From: Brevundimonas sp.
GTDB lineage: Bacteria; Pseudomonadota; Alphaproteobacteria; Caulobacterales; Caulobacteraceae
NCBI RefSeq assembly: GCF_041648615.1
Contig: NZ_JBAZOS010000012.1
Span: 225-64,224, forward strand
Direction: 5' to 3'
DNA: 64,000 nt
The notes under the pieces were generated by a model. The model was not told the origin of the DNA. It saw nothing but the letters and a program-made list of their open reading frames with translations, and did no database searches. The translations under genes were made by a program, and so were the position numbers. Position 1 is the stretch's first letter; every line of letters begins with the position of its first letter. This document shows positions 39,075 to 48,691 of the stretch, in pieces.

Positions 39075-39209
39075 CCGTCACCCTCGGGCTTGACCCGAGG
39101 GTCAGACGTGGTGCGGCTGTGCGTGAGGGATGGCCCAACGGCCATCGACTTCCTATCTGTCGATGAGCACCACAACATCCCATCCTCGCGTCAAGCCCGA
39201 GGATGACGG
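39075..39209. mobile_element. 135-bp palindromic MITE/REP-like element
   Basis: 26-bp terminal inverted repeats CCGTCACCCTCGGGCTTGACCCGAGG / CCTCGCGTCAAGCCCGAGGATGACGG with 2 mismatches; each arm is itself a hairpin. Confidence 0.8.
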
Positions 39210-40551
39210 CGTAGAGAAAGCCCGAGACCTGACCGCCAAACATATCGACCACGCCGTCCCCCTGATCCGGGCCGTCGTCATCCATCCCGAACGCTCCGAT
39301 TCCGGCGCCAGCGAGAGCTCGCGCCAGTCGGTCGAGCGGCTTGAAGAGGCCGTCGGCCTGGCCCGGGCGCTCGACCTCGACGTGCGGGCGGAAGAGATCG
39401 TGCGCATCCGCAAGGTTACGCCCGCCACCCTGTTCGGCTCGGGCAAGGTCGAGGAGCTGGCCGCCCTGGTCCTCGCCGCCGAGGCCGAGGCCGTCGTCGT
39501 CGACGACGACCTGTCTCCCGTGCAGCAGCGCAATCTGGAAAAGGCCTGGGACTGCAAGGTCATCGACCGCACCGGCCTGATCCTCGAGATCTTCGGCCGC
39601 CGCGCCCGGACCAAGGAAGGCCGGCTGCAGGTCGAACTGGCGCGGCTCGACTATGAGAAGTCGCGCCTCGTCCGGACCTGGACCCACCTTGAGCGGCAAC
39701 GCGGCGGCACCGGCTCGACCGGCGGTCCCGGCGAGACCCAGATCGAACTCGACCGCCGCCTGATCGCCGACCGCATCGTCAAGCTGAAGGTCGAACTGGA
39801 CGAGGTGCGCCGCACCCGCGGCCTGCACCGCAAACAGCGCCAGAAGGTCCCGTTCCCGACCATCGCCCTGGTCGGCTACACCAACGCCGGCAAGTCGACC
39901 CTGTTCAACCGGCTGACCGGCTCGGACGTGGTGGCCAAGGATCTGCTGTTCGCCACCCTCGACACCACCCAGCGCACCATCCGCCTGCCGCAGGGCCGGC
40001 CGGCGATCGTGGCCGACACCGTCGGCTTCATCTCCGACCTGCCGCACGAACTGGTCGAGAGCTTCCGCGCCACGCTGGAGGAGGTGGGCGAGGCCGACCT
40101 GATCCTGCATGTCCGCGACATCGCCTCGGCCGACAGCGAGGCCCAGTCGAAGGACGTCGAGGCGGTGCTGAAACAGATCGAGACGCCGGAGGGCAAGACC
40201 CGCCGGGTGCTGGAGGTCTGGAACAAGATCGATCTGCTCGACGAGGACGTCCGCGAGGCGGTGCTGGGCCAGGCCGAACGCCTGTCCCGCGACGGCAAGG
40301 CGGTCGCGGTCTCGGCCTGGACCGGGGAGGGGATTGAACCCCTGCGCGAGACCATCGCCGGCCTGATCGACGACGACCCGGAGACGGAACTGGTGCTGGC
40401 TCCGTCACAGGGCGAGGCCCTGGCCTGGCTGTATGAGAACGGTCGGGTCACCGGCCGCGAGACGGACGATCAGGGCCGCACCCATGTGACCGTGCGGCTC
40501 CACCCGGCGGCGCTGGGGCGGTTCGAGCGGCAGTTCTCCGCGACCGGCTAA
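39130..40551 (+). CDS. hflX: GTPase HflX
   Basis: ILEIFG.RA, GPGETQIE, GYTNAGKS, LFATLD, DTVGF, NKID; true start may be downstream (CTG at 39229). Confidence 0.95.
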   Translation: MAQRPSTSYLSMSTTTSHPRVKPEDDGVEKARDLTAKHIDHAVPLIRAVVIHPERSDSGASESSRQSVERLEEAVGLARALDLDVRAEEIVRIRKVTPATLFGSGKVEELAALVLAAEAEAVVVDDDLSPVQQRNLEKAWDCKVIDRTGLILEIFGRRARTKEGRLQVELARLDYEKSRLVRTWTHLERQRGGTGSTGGPGETQIELDRRLIADRIVKLKVELDEVRRTRGLHRKQRQKVPFPTIALVGYTNAGKSTLFNRLTGSDVVAKDLLFATLDTTQRTIRLPQGRPAIVADTVGFISDLPHELVESFRATLEEVGEADLILHVRDIASADSEAQSKDVEAVLKQIETPEGKTRRVLEVWNKIDLLDEDVREAVLGQAERLSRDGKAVAVSAWTGEGIEPLRETIAGLIDDDPETELVLAPSQGEALAWLYENGRVTGRETDDQGRTHVTVRLHPAALGRFERQFSATG

Positions 40552-40647
40552 GGCGCGCGTGCGCCGCGGCCCCGGCCTGTGCTAGAACGGCGCGCTCACC
40601 GGGGTTTACGCGGTTTCGCGTGACACGGTTGAGCCTGGACCCCCCGA

Positions 40648-41649
40648 ATGTCGAAGTCGAAAGCCGCGACGTCCAACTGGGACGTCGCCGACCTGCAACG
40701 GGGCCTTGAGGCCGCCGGGGTGGCCCTGTGGTCGTGGAACGTCGACGACGACACCTTCGCCATGGACGAGGCGGCGTTCGGGCTCTGGGGCATGACGGTC
40801 CGGCCCCACGTCACCTTCGAGGATCTCTCGTCCCACATCCATCCCGCGGACCGGGACCGGGTGCGGGCCGCCTTCGCCGCCACCCGCGCGGTGGTGGGGC
40901 CCTATGAGATCGATTTCCGCATCCTGGTCGACGGCGATGTCCGCTGGGTCTCCGCGCGGGGACAGGGCGACGACCTGGGCATGGTCAGCCGCAAGATGTT
41001 CGGCATCTTCATCGACGTGACCGGCCGCAAACAGGCCGAGGAAGGCCATGAACTCCTCGCCGGCGAGATGAGCCACCGGGTCAAGAATCTGCTGGCCATC
41101 GCCTCGGGCCTGACGGCCATCACCTCCCGCTCGGTGGATACGACGACCGATATGGCGCGGGAGTTGACTCAGCGCCTGACCGCCCTCGGCCGCGCCCATG
41201 ACCTCGTTCGCCCGCTGCCCGGCGAGGAGGGCAAGGCGGCGCTGCTCGGCGACCTCCTGTCGGTCCTGCTGGCCCCCTATGACGACCTCGGCGCCTTCAG
41301 CGGCCGCATCCGGGTGTCGGTGCCGCGCATGGGGGTGGGCGAGCAGGCGGCCAACGCCCTGGCCCTGATCGTCCATGAACTGGCGACCAATTCGCTCAAA
41401 TACGGCGCCCTGTCCGCCGAGACGGGGACCCTGGACGTCTCCTGCTCGGCCCACGACACCGAGCTGGTGATCGCCTGGACGGAACAGGGCGGCCCGCCGG
41501 TGCAGCCGCCCGAGGGGCCGGGCGGCTACGGCAGCCAGATGGTCGCGCGCGCCATGGCCCGCCAGCTGGACGGCGCCATCGAGAAGGACTGGGCGGAGCA
41601 GGGGCTGGTGGTTCGCTTGCGGATGAACAAGGACCGGGTCGCCCTGTAG
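40648..41649 (+). CDS. PAS-HWE family soluble histidine kinase
   Basis: PAS (IHPADR), EMSHRVKNLL, HELATNSLKYGAL, WTEQGGP, GYG. Confidence 0.9.
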   Translation: MSKSKAATSNWDVADLQRGLEAAGVALWSWNVDDDTFAMDEAAFGLWGMTVRPHVTFEDLSSHIHPADRDRVRAAFAATRAVVGPYEIDFRILVDGDVRWVSARGQGDDLGMVSRKMFGIFIDVTGRKQAEEGHELLAGEMSHRVKNLLAIASGLTAITSRSVDTTTDMARELTQRLTALGRAHDLVRPLPGEEGKAALLGDLLSVLLAPYDDLGAFSGRIRVSVPRMGVGEQAANALALIVHELATNSLKYGALSAETGTLDVSCSAHDTELVIAWTEQGGPPVQPPEGPGGYGSQMVARAMARQLDGAIEKDWAEQGLVVRLRMNKDRVAL

Positions 41650-41661
41650 CGGGCGTCAGGC

Positions 41662-41714
41662 CGCCGTCCCCCTCCCCGCTCCGCGGGGAGGGGGACGGCG
41701 AAGCGGTGGAGGGG
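41662..41714. repeat. Perfect 18-bp GC hairpin, likely half of a CIR/RIME-like repeat; probable bidirectional terminator
   Basis: CGCCGTCCCCCTCCCCGC-TCC-GCGGGGAGGGGGACGGCG then AAGCGGTGGAGGGG, between convergent genes. Confidence 0.75.
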
Positions 41715-41723
41715 CGCTGCCGG

Positions 41724-42509
41724 TTACCGTCGCTCCGCCGCCTTGGCCGCATCCCACAGCTCGTCCATCTCGGCCAGGTCGGACTGCTCCGGCGACCGCC
41801 CGTCCTTCGCCAGTTCCGCCTCGATGAAGCCGAACCGCCGGACGAATTTCGCGTTCGCCCCGCGCAGGGCGTCCTCCGGCTCGACCCCCAGTTTGCGCGC
41901 CAGATTGGCGACCACGAACAGCAGGTCGCCGACCTCGTGGCGGGCCTTGTCCAGGTCCCCGGCGGCGATCTCGACGCGCAGTTCGGCGACCTCCTCATGC
42001 AGCTTGTCGAACACCTCGTCGGTCGAGGGCCAGTCGAAGCCCACGCGGGCGGCGCGCTTCGTCAATTTCGCCGCCCGCGCCAGCGCCGGCAGGCCGACGG
42101 GCACGTCGTCCAGCGCGCCGTGCTGGGCCTTCGCCTTGCGCTCTCCGGCCTTGATATCCTCCCAGCGCGCCTTCTGGGCCGCGCCGTCCGCCTTGGCGGC
42201 CTCGTCGCCGAAGACATGCGGATGGCGGCGCTCCAGCTTGTCGGCGATGGCGTTCGCCACGTCGTCGAAGGCGAACAGCCCCTGTTCCTCGGCCATGCGG
42301 GCGTGGAAGACGGTCTGGAACAACAGGTCGCCGAGCTCGGACTTCAGCTCGTCCATGTCGCCGCGCTCGATGGCGTCGGCGACCTCATAGGCCTCCTCGA
42401 TCGTATAGGGGGCGATGGTGGCGAAGGTCTGCTCCACGTCCCACGGGCAGCCGCCGTCCGGGTCGCGCAGCTTCGCCATGATGCCGGTCAGACGGTCGAT
42501 GGGCGTCAT
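41724..42509 (-). CDS. mazG: Nucleoside triphosphate pyrophosphohydrolase MazG
   Basis: LRDP..GCPWD, EEAYEV, ELGDLL, RRHPHVF, GFDW, EVGDLLF. Confidence 0.96.
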   Translation of the reverse strand: MTPIDRLTGIMAKLRDPDGGCPWDVEQTFATIAPYTIEEAYEVADAIERGDMDELKSELGDLLFQTVFHARMAEEQGLFAFDDVANAIADKLERRHPHVFGDEAAKADGAAQKARWEDIKAGERKAKAQHGALDDVPVGLPALARAAKLTKRAARVGFDWPSTDEVFDKLHEEVAELRVEIAAGDLDKARHEVGDLLFVVANLARKLGVEPEDALRGANAKFVRRFGFIEAELAKDGRSPEQSDLAEMDELWDAAKAAERR

Positions 42510-43879
42510 GCGGGCTCCATCGCCGCGCCGTCGCGGGCTTCCAGCGCCTTGCGGATTTCGTCATGGCGGGCCGGCGTCAGCGGATAGCCCTTCAGCACCA
42601 GGGCGGCGGCGGCGAGCAACAGGCCCGGCACGAGGATGAAGAGGATCTGCAACGTCAGCAGCGCGCTCTCGCTGTTGCCCCCGGCCGCCGGAATGGCGCG
42701 GAAGCCGACCCACTGCAGGATCAGATAGGGGATCAGGGCCACGACGTGCCCGATCTTGGTGGTGGCCGACAGGATGGAGAACATCAGGCCGGTGCGGTCC
42801 ACGCCCGTGTCCAGCCGCACCTCGTCGCCCGCGTCGGCCATCATGGCCCGCAGCAGGAACAGGCCGGCGGCGTAGGGCAGGCCGGCGATGAACATGGCCG
42901 TGGCCGTCAGGGCGAAATTGCCGCCCGGGACCAGGGTGGCGCCGACATAGAAGACCGCGAAGATCAGGCTGGCCGTGGCCAGGGCCTTGTCCTTGCCGAT
43001 CTTCGTGGCCAGCCAGGCCCAGACCGGCGCGCCCACCAGTCCGGCGACGAAATAGAACAGCATGAACAGCGAGGCCTGGGTGTGGTCGTAGCCCTTGATC
43101 TGGCCGAAGAAGAAGAACAGCAGCGAGCCGGTGATGCCGGGCGCCACGCCCAGCAGCAGGTCTGCGAACAGCAGCTTGCGCACCGTCTTGCGGCCGAACA
43201 GGGCCAGATAGGCCCTCGGCCCGCCGTGCGGAGCCGCCCCGGCGTTGACCGGCTCGGGCACGACGAACATGGCCAGGCCGATGGTCACCGGCAGGGCGAT
43301 CATGATGGCCCAGCCCATGATGCGCACGCCGGCGGCGTAGTCGCCGAGGCCGGTCTTCACCACCACCGTCGGCAGGATCAGGATCAGGATCACGCCGATG
43401 ATGTTGAACACCTGCCACCAGCCATAGACGCGGCTGCGCTGGTCGTATTGCGGCGCCAGCACCGAGGCCCAGCCCAGCTGGCCCAGGGTGCCGATCGAGA
43501 AGCCGAGGTAGAGCACCAGCAGCCAGCCGAACAGATAGGCCGCGCCCGCCCCGGGCTGGACCAGGACGAACATCATCAGGGCCGACAGCATCAGGATCGG
43601 CGTCGAGATCGCCATCCACGGGCGGTAGCGGCCCCATCGGGTCTTCGTTTTGTCCATGCCCCAGCCGATGAAGGGGTCGAAGACGATGTCGATCAGCCGC
43701 ACGGCCATGAAGACGGCGGCGACCACGCCCAGCTCCAGCCCGACCCAGGTGGCGTAGAATTCGGGCAGGGTCACGGGCAGGGCGACGCCGAAGGCCGCCA
43801 GCGGCAGGCAGGGGCCCGAGAAGGCCGCCAGAATGGCGTTGGAACGGCGGGCCGGAGCGGCCTGGGCGACGTCGGTCAT
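42506..43879 (-). CDS. MFS transporter (GPH/MelB-like family)
   Basis: About 12 TMs; DIVFDPFIG...D.T.TRWGRYRPW; C-terminal YPLT. Confidence 0.88.
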   Translation of the reverse strand: MTDVAQAAPARRSNAILAAFSGPCLPLAAFGVALPVTLPEFYATWVGLELGVVAAVFMAVRLIDIVFDPFIGWGMDKTKTRWGRYRPWMAISTPILMLSALMMFVLVQPGAGAAYLFGWLLVLYLGFSIGTLGQLGWASVLAPQYDQRSRVYGWWQVFNIIGVILILILPTVVVKTGLGDYAAGVRIMGWAIMIALPVTIGLAMFVVPEPVNAGAAPHGGPRAYLALFGRKTVRKLLFADLLLGVAPGITGSLLFFFFGQIKGYDHTQASLFMLFYFVAGLVGAPVWAWLATKIGKDKALATASLIFAVFYVGATLVPGGNFALTATAMFIAGLPYAAGLFLLRAMMADAGDEVRLDTGVDRTGLMFSILSATTKIGHVVALIPYLILQWVGFRAIPAAGGNSESALLTLQILFILVPGLLLAAAALVLKGYPLTPARHDEIRKALEARDGAAMEPA

Positions 43880-44096
43880 GACGGATCCGTGGGCGACGGC
43901 CCTGAGTCGGCCGGCCGCTCACCATGCCGGTTTTTCCGCCGCTGCGCATGGCCCGGAATCAGGTCCCGGATATCGCGCCTGTCGACGATATCGAGGCGCC
44001 CGATGTCGCGGTTATCGACGGTGAATTGTCTCGGTCGCCGACCGTCATTCCGACATGCCCCTTGCCGTCAACCGCCAGGTCAGGCTTCCTTGGCGG

Positions 44097-44978
44097 ATGG
44101 GCGCGTTCCGCATCATTCTGAGCCTGCTCTTTCTGTCCGTCGCGACCGCGCTGGCGCCCGCCCGCGCCATGGCCCAGTCAGGCCAGGCCCAGGTCTGCGA
44201 CGCCGATCCCATCGAATGGGCCGGGCCGGCCCTCGCCAACAGCCTGTCCTGGCAACGCATGGAGTGGACGCCGTTCGGTCCGACCGAACACGGCTGGGAG
44301 ACCTATCTGCCGCTGATCCAGCAGGAGCTGGGCATCGACTGCGCGCCGAACTCGCCGGTGTTCGCCCGGCGGCTGGCCGAGTTCCAGATCGCCCACGGCC
44401 TGGCGCCCACCGGCTGGTTTGACGCGGCGACCTTCCAGACCTTCCGCGGCCTGTGGCAGGAGCGGCGGCCCTTCATCATGGCGCGGGTGCGCGAGGAGCC
44501 GTGCCCGGAGCCGCCGCCGTTGTACCAGCTGGGCTATCTGGTCGAATCGGAAGAGCACGCGGACCGGCTGACCCGGCTGCTGCGCCGCGACGTGCTGGAC
44601 GCCTATCGCCGGCTGGTTCAGGCGGCGCGCGCCGAGGTTCCCGAGGTCGCCCGCAATCCCGAGTTGCTGCAGATTTTCTCCGGCTTCCGCGATCCGGAAG
44701 CGGACGCGGCCCGCTGCGCCGCCTCGGGCAATTGCGACGGGCTGAGGCGGGCGGTGTGCTCGCCGCACCGGACCGGCACGGCCGTGGATCTCTATGTCGG
44801 TCAACTGCCGGGTCTGGGGGTCGATGACACCTCGGAGGCCAGCCGGCTGCATATGAGCCGGACGCCGACCTATCGCTGGATGGTCAGGAACGCCGGGCGG
44901 TTCGGTTTCACCCCCTATGTCTATGAGCCCTGGCACTGGGAGTGGGTCAGTCCGACCGGCAGCTACGCAGGGCCATGA
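44097..44978 (+). CDS. Secreted M15 (VanY-like) D,D-carboxypeptidase with peptidoglycan-binding domain
   Basis: Signal peptide; FQ..HGL.PTG..D PG-binding pattern; SGFR, SPHRTGTAVD (SxHxxGxAxD), EPWH. Confidence 0.85.
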   Translation: MGAFRIILSLLFLSVATALAPARAMAQSGQAQVCDADPIEWAGPALANSLSWQRMEWTPFGPTEHGWETYLPLIQQELGIDCAPNSPVFARRLAEFQIAHGLAPTGWFDAATFQTFRGLWQERRPFIMARVREEPCPEPPPLYQLGYLVESEEHADRLTRLLRRDVLDAYRRLVQAARAEVPEVARNPELLQIFSGFRDPEADAARCAASGNCDGLRRAVCSPHRTGTAVDLYVGQLPGLGVDDTSEASRLHMSRTPTYRWMVRNAGRFGFTPYVYEPWHWEWVSPTGSYAGP

Positions 44979-45430
44979 TCCGTGGACTGACGATCGCCGA
45001 AAAGGCGCTGGCCGAACAGGCGTTCGGCGCTGCCCTGGGCCTCGCTGCGGTCCGCTTCCTGCGATCCCCCTGGCCGTTCGACCGGGCCTTCGTCGCCGGA
45101 CGCTGGTTCGGCCGGGACTGGATCGTCTGGCCGGGCCGGAGCCTGCCCCCGGATATCGCCCGCGCGCCGTTGCGGCTGCAGGCGACCTTCATTCACGAGC
45201 TGACCCATGTCTGGCAGGCGCAGCAGGGCGTGAACCTGCTGACGGGCAAGCTGAAGGCCGGCGACCGGCCGTCATCATACCAGTATCCCGTCGGCATGGA
45301 CTGCGCGTGGGGCGATCTGAATATCGAACAGCAGGCCATGGTGGTCGAGGACCGGTTTCGCCTGACGCGGGGTCAGCGCACCCCCGCCGACCACGCCTTC
45401 TACGACCGGATCTGTCCAATCGGCCGATAG
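44975..45430 (+). CDS. Small zincin-like protein (HExxH)
   Basis: RGLT..E, FIHELTHVWQ.QQG, NIEQQA; ATGA overlap with the M15 peptidase. Confidence 0.75.
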   Translation: MIRGLTIAEKALAEQAFGAALGLAAVRFLRSPWPFDRAFVAGRWFGRDWIVWPGRSLPPDIARAPLRLQATFIHELTHVWQAQQGVNLLTGKLKAGDRPSSYQYPVGMDCAWGDLNIEQQAMVVEDRFRLTRGQRTPADHAFYDRICPIGR

Positions 45431-45549
45431 GTCGGAACGGGGGCGCCCCCCGCCGGTTTCCTTGAGGCGGCCTTGCGGCGGCGCGCCAACCCCCTATATC
45501 AGCTACAGACACTGTTGCGGAACGGTGTCGCATACTCATGGGAGGCTTC

Positions 45550-46152
45550 ATGCCCCGGATTCTGGTTCTTTATCATTCCACCTACGGCCACATCGAAGCG
45601 ATGGCCGAAGCGGTCGCCGAGGGCGCGCGCTCGGTCGATGGCGCGGTGGTGGACATCAAACGCGTGCCCGAGCTGGTGCCCGAGGAACTGGCCCGGGCCA
45701 GCGGCTACAAGCTGGATCAGGCGGCGCCGATCGCGACCGTGGGCGATCTTGAAAACTATGACGCCGTGATCGTCGGCGCGGGCACCCGGTATGGAACCGC
45801 CGCGTCGCAGATGCGGAATTTCTGGGACCAGACCGGCGGCGTGTGGATGAAGGGGGCGCTGGTCGGAAAGGTCGGCTCGGCCTTCACCTCGACCGCCACC
45901 CAGCACGGCGGGCAGGAGACTACCCTGATCGGCCTGATCCAGACGCTCCTGCACCACGGCATGCTGGTCGCCGGCCTTCCCTATGCCTGGGCCGGCCAGT
46001 CGCGCATCGACGAGATGACCGGCGGCTCGCCCTATGGCGCCACCACCATCACCGGCGGCGACGGCGCGCGAATGCCCAGCGAGAACGAACTGGAGGGCGC
46101 GCGCTTCCAGGGCCGCTACGTCGCCGAGACGGCGAAAAAGCTGGTCGGCTGA
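45550..46152 (+). CDS. wrbA: NAD(P)H:quinone oxidoreductase
   Basis: [28 protein letters not shown]; RBS GGAGG before ATG 45550. Confidence 0.95.
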   Translation: MPRILVLYHSTYGHIEAMAEAVAEGARSVDGAVVDIKRVPELVPEELARASGYKLDQAAPIATVGDLENYDAVIVGAGTRYGTAASQMRNFWDQTGGVWMKGALVGKVGSAFTSTATQHGGQETTLIGLIQTLLHHGMLVAGLPYAWAGQSRIDEMTGGSPYGATTITGGDGARMPSENELEGARFQGRYVAETAKKLVG

Positions 46153-46913
46153 TGCGCCAGCCGGCCGTCTTCTTCGGTCACGGTTCGCCGATGAACGCGC
46201 TGGGCGGCCCCTATGCGGACGTCTGGCGCGCGGTCGGCGAAGCGATCGGCAAGCCGGAAGGCGTGGTCATGGTCTCGGCCCATTGGGAGACGGAGGGGCT
46301 CGGCGTGACCGCGCAGCCCCATCCCGCGACCATCCATGACTTCGGCGGCTTTCCCGACGCACTGCGGGCGATGCAGTACCCGGCGCCGGGTTCGCCCGGG
46401 CTGGCGGCGCGCGTGTCGGAACTGACCGGGGCGACGCCGACGACGCAATGGGGTCTGGATCACGGGACCTGGTCGGTGCTGGCCCACGTCTGGCCCGAGG
46501 CCGACGTACCGGTGGTGCAGCTGTCGCTGGACCGCCGGCTGGACGCCCAGGGGCATTTCGATCTCGGGCGCAAGCTGTCGGCCCTGCGCGACGAGGGCGT
46601 GGTGATCGCCGGCTCGGGCGACTTCGTCCACAATCTGCGGACCTGGAAGCGGGCGGGCGGCGAGGCCTATGGCTGGGCCTCGGGGTTCAACGAGGCGGTC
46701 AAGGCGGCGCTGGTCCGCGGCGACGACGCCGCCCTGATCAACTGGGTGGATCTGGCCGGGGACGCGCAGATGAGCGTGCCGACCGACGAGCATTTCCTGC
46801 CGCTGCTGTACGTCGCCGCCCAGCGGCTGCCGGGCGACGACGTCAGCTTCTTCAACGACGTCATCGAGGGTGGATCCATCTCGATGACCGGGGTGCGGAT
46901 CGGTCAGGCCTAG
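46152..46913 (+). CDS. ygiD: 4,5-DOPA dioxygenase (LigB/YgiD family)
   Basis: GHGSPMN, SAHW, HDFGGFP, GLDHG.W, GSG..VHNL, PTDEHFLPL. Confidence 0.9.
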   Translation: MRQPAVFFGHGSPMNALGGPYADVWRAVGEAIGKPEGVVMVSAHWETEGLGVTAQPHPATIHDFGGFPDALRAMQYPAPGSPGLAARVSELTGATPTTQWGLDHGTWSVLAHVWPEADVPVVQLSLDRRLDAQGHFDLGRKLSALRDEGVVIAGSGDFVHNLRTWKRAGGEAYGWASGFNEAVKAALVRGDDAALINWVDLAGDAQMSVPTDEHFLPLLYVAAQRLPGDDVSFFNDVIEGGSISMTGVRIGQA

Positions 46914-46950
46914 GGCGGTCCGCAAGCCGTCTCCGCCGGCCCGGTGACGA

Positions 46951-48510
46951 TCACGCGGCCTTGTCGATCTCCGCCATCTGCTGGATGCGGACATAGTCCG
47001 TCTTGCCGGTGCCCAGGACGGGCACCTCGACCACGCGCAGGATCTTCTTGGGCACGGCCAGTTCCGGGGCGCCGTGACTGCGGGCCCATTCCGCCAGACG
47101 CGCGACGTCGGCGTCCTTGCGGTCGGTGACCAGCACCAGCTTCTCGCCCTTGCGGCTGTCCGGGATGGAGACCACCGCGTGGCGGGCGTCGGGCCAGACC
47201 GCGCTGGCCAGCCCCTCCACGGCCGTCAGGGACACCATCTCCCCCCCGATCTTCGCGAACCGCTTCACCCGGCCCAGGATCGAGACATAGCCGTCCTTGT
47301 CGATGTCGACGATGTCCCCCGTGTCGTGCCAGCCGCCCGCCAGCGGGTCGATGGACATCGGATCGTCGGTCGACAGATAGCCCCGCATGACATTGGGACC
47401 GCGCAGATAGAGCCGGCCGCCGTCGAGAATGCCGTCGACGGGATCGATGCGCCATTCCAGGCCCGGCATCATCTGGCCGACGGTGCCGGGACGGTTGCGG
47501 TCGGGATGGTTCACGGCCACGACCGGGGCGGCTTCGGTGGCTCCATAGCCTTCCAGCAGCTTCAGACCATGGAAGCGGGTGTTGAACAGGTGATGGGTCT
47601 CGTCGCGCACCCGTTCGGCCCCGGCGACGACGAACTTCAGGGTGGCGAAGTCGTCGGCGGCGGCGACGCGGGCGTACTGGTTCAGGAAGGTGTCGGTGGC
47701 GAACAGGACCGAGGCGTTCACCTGCGGCAGCAGTTCGACGATCTGCTTGGCGTGAAGCGGCGAGGGGTACTGGAAGGCTTTCAGCCCCTGAAGGATCGGC
47801 AGCAGCACGCCCCCGGTCAGTCCGAAACAGTGGAAGGTCGGCAGCGGGTTGAACATGACCCAGTCGGGGTTCAGGTCGATGTGCTGGGCCACCTGACGGC
47901 AGTTGGCGACGAGGTTCCACTGGCTCAGAACCACGCCCTTCGGCGCGCCAAAGCTGCCGGAAGTGAACAGCACCACGCCCGGAGAGGACGGCTCGGTCTT
48001 CACGCGGAAGCGTTTGGGCATCATCCCGGCCATCAGGCCGTACAGCTTGTCCTGCAGGCCGATGGTTTCGCGCACGTCATCCAGCCAGACGATCTCGGCG
48101 ACCGTGCCCAGGTCCTCGACCAGGTCGTCAAGCTTGGCCTGGGTGATGAAGCGCTTGGCGGTCAGGATCTTCTTCACGCCTGCGGCCTTGATCGCCGCCT
48201 TGATATTGGCCTCGCCCGAGGTGAAATTCAGCATCACCGGCACCCGGCCGTGGGCGTGAAGGCCGTAATAGGTGACGACCACGCCCATGCTGGACGGCAA
48301 CAGGATGCCGACCCGCTCGGAAAGCTCGGTCATGGCGGCGATCTTGCGGCCCAGGACGAAGGCGGCGCGGATCAGACCGGTGTAGGTGAGGGGCTTGCGG
48401 TCCTGGTCTTCCAGGATTTCCTTGTCGCCGTACGTCTCGCGGGCTGCGATCAGGGCGTCGAAAATAGTCTGCTCGCCGGCCTTCATGTCCAGGGGTACGC
48501 GCAAAACCAT
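46951..48510 (-). CDS. AMP-binding protein similar to the acyl-ACP synthetase domain of Aas
   Basis: LFTSGSFGAPKGV, FHCFGL, YPSPLH, EGYGATE, DTGD, GRVKRFAKIGGEMVSL, GTGKTDY. Confidence 0.88.
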   Translation of the reverse strand: MVLRVPLDMKAGEQTIFDALIAARETYGDKEILEDQDRKPLTYTGLIRAAFVLGRKIAAMTELSERVGILLPSSMGVVVTYYGLHAHGRVPVMLNFTSGEANIKAAIKAAGVKKILTAKRFITQAKLDDLVEDLGTVAEIVWLDDVRETIGLQDKLYGLMAGMMPKRFRVKTEPSSPGVVLFTSGSFGAPKGVVLSQWNLVANCRQVAQHIDLNPDWVMFNPLPTFHCFGLTGGVLLPILQGLKAFQYPSPLHAKQIVELLPQVNASVLFATDTFLNQYARVAAADDFATLKFVVAGAERVRDETHHLFNTRFHGLKLLEGYGATEAAPVVAVNHPDRNRPGTVGQMMPGLEWRIDPVDGILDGGRLYLRGPNVMRGYLSTDDPMSIDPLAGGWHDTGDIVDIDKDGYVSILGRVKRFAKIGGEMVSLTAVEGLASAVWPDARHAVVSIPDSRKGEKLVLVTDRKDADVARLAEWARSHGAPELAVPKKILRVVEVPVLGTGKTDYVRIQQMAEIDKAA

Positions 48511-48691
48511 CCTCCGTCGGGCGCGGTTGGTCCCGGCCCGTTATGTTGAGCGCGCAAACTAGGGCGGCGAAGGCTTGTTGAAAAGATACGTTACCTTGCG
48601 TGAGGCCCGGGCGTGAGATTTTGGCCTGCCTTGCCTTCGCCGCGTGGAAGGACGACATAGCGGCTTCGCACAGCCCGGAGCCCGCGTCGCC

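Noticed and set aside
41724-42509. mazG as an anti-phage or toxin-antitoxin component
   Set aside because: Two-domain housekeeping MazG in its usual hfq-hflX neighbourhood, with no mazEF or defence partners
45434-45458. GGAAC-N16-GGTT upstream of wrbA as a SigT promoter
   Set aside because: The -10 mismatches the consensus and the segment also forms a GC hairpin; too weak to call
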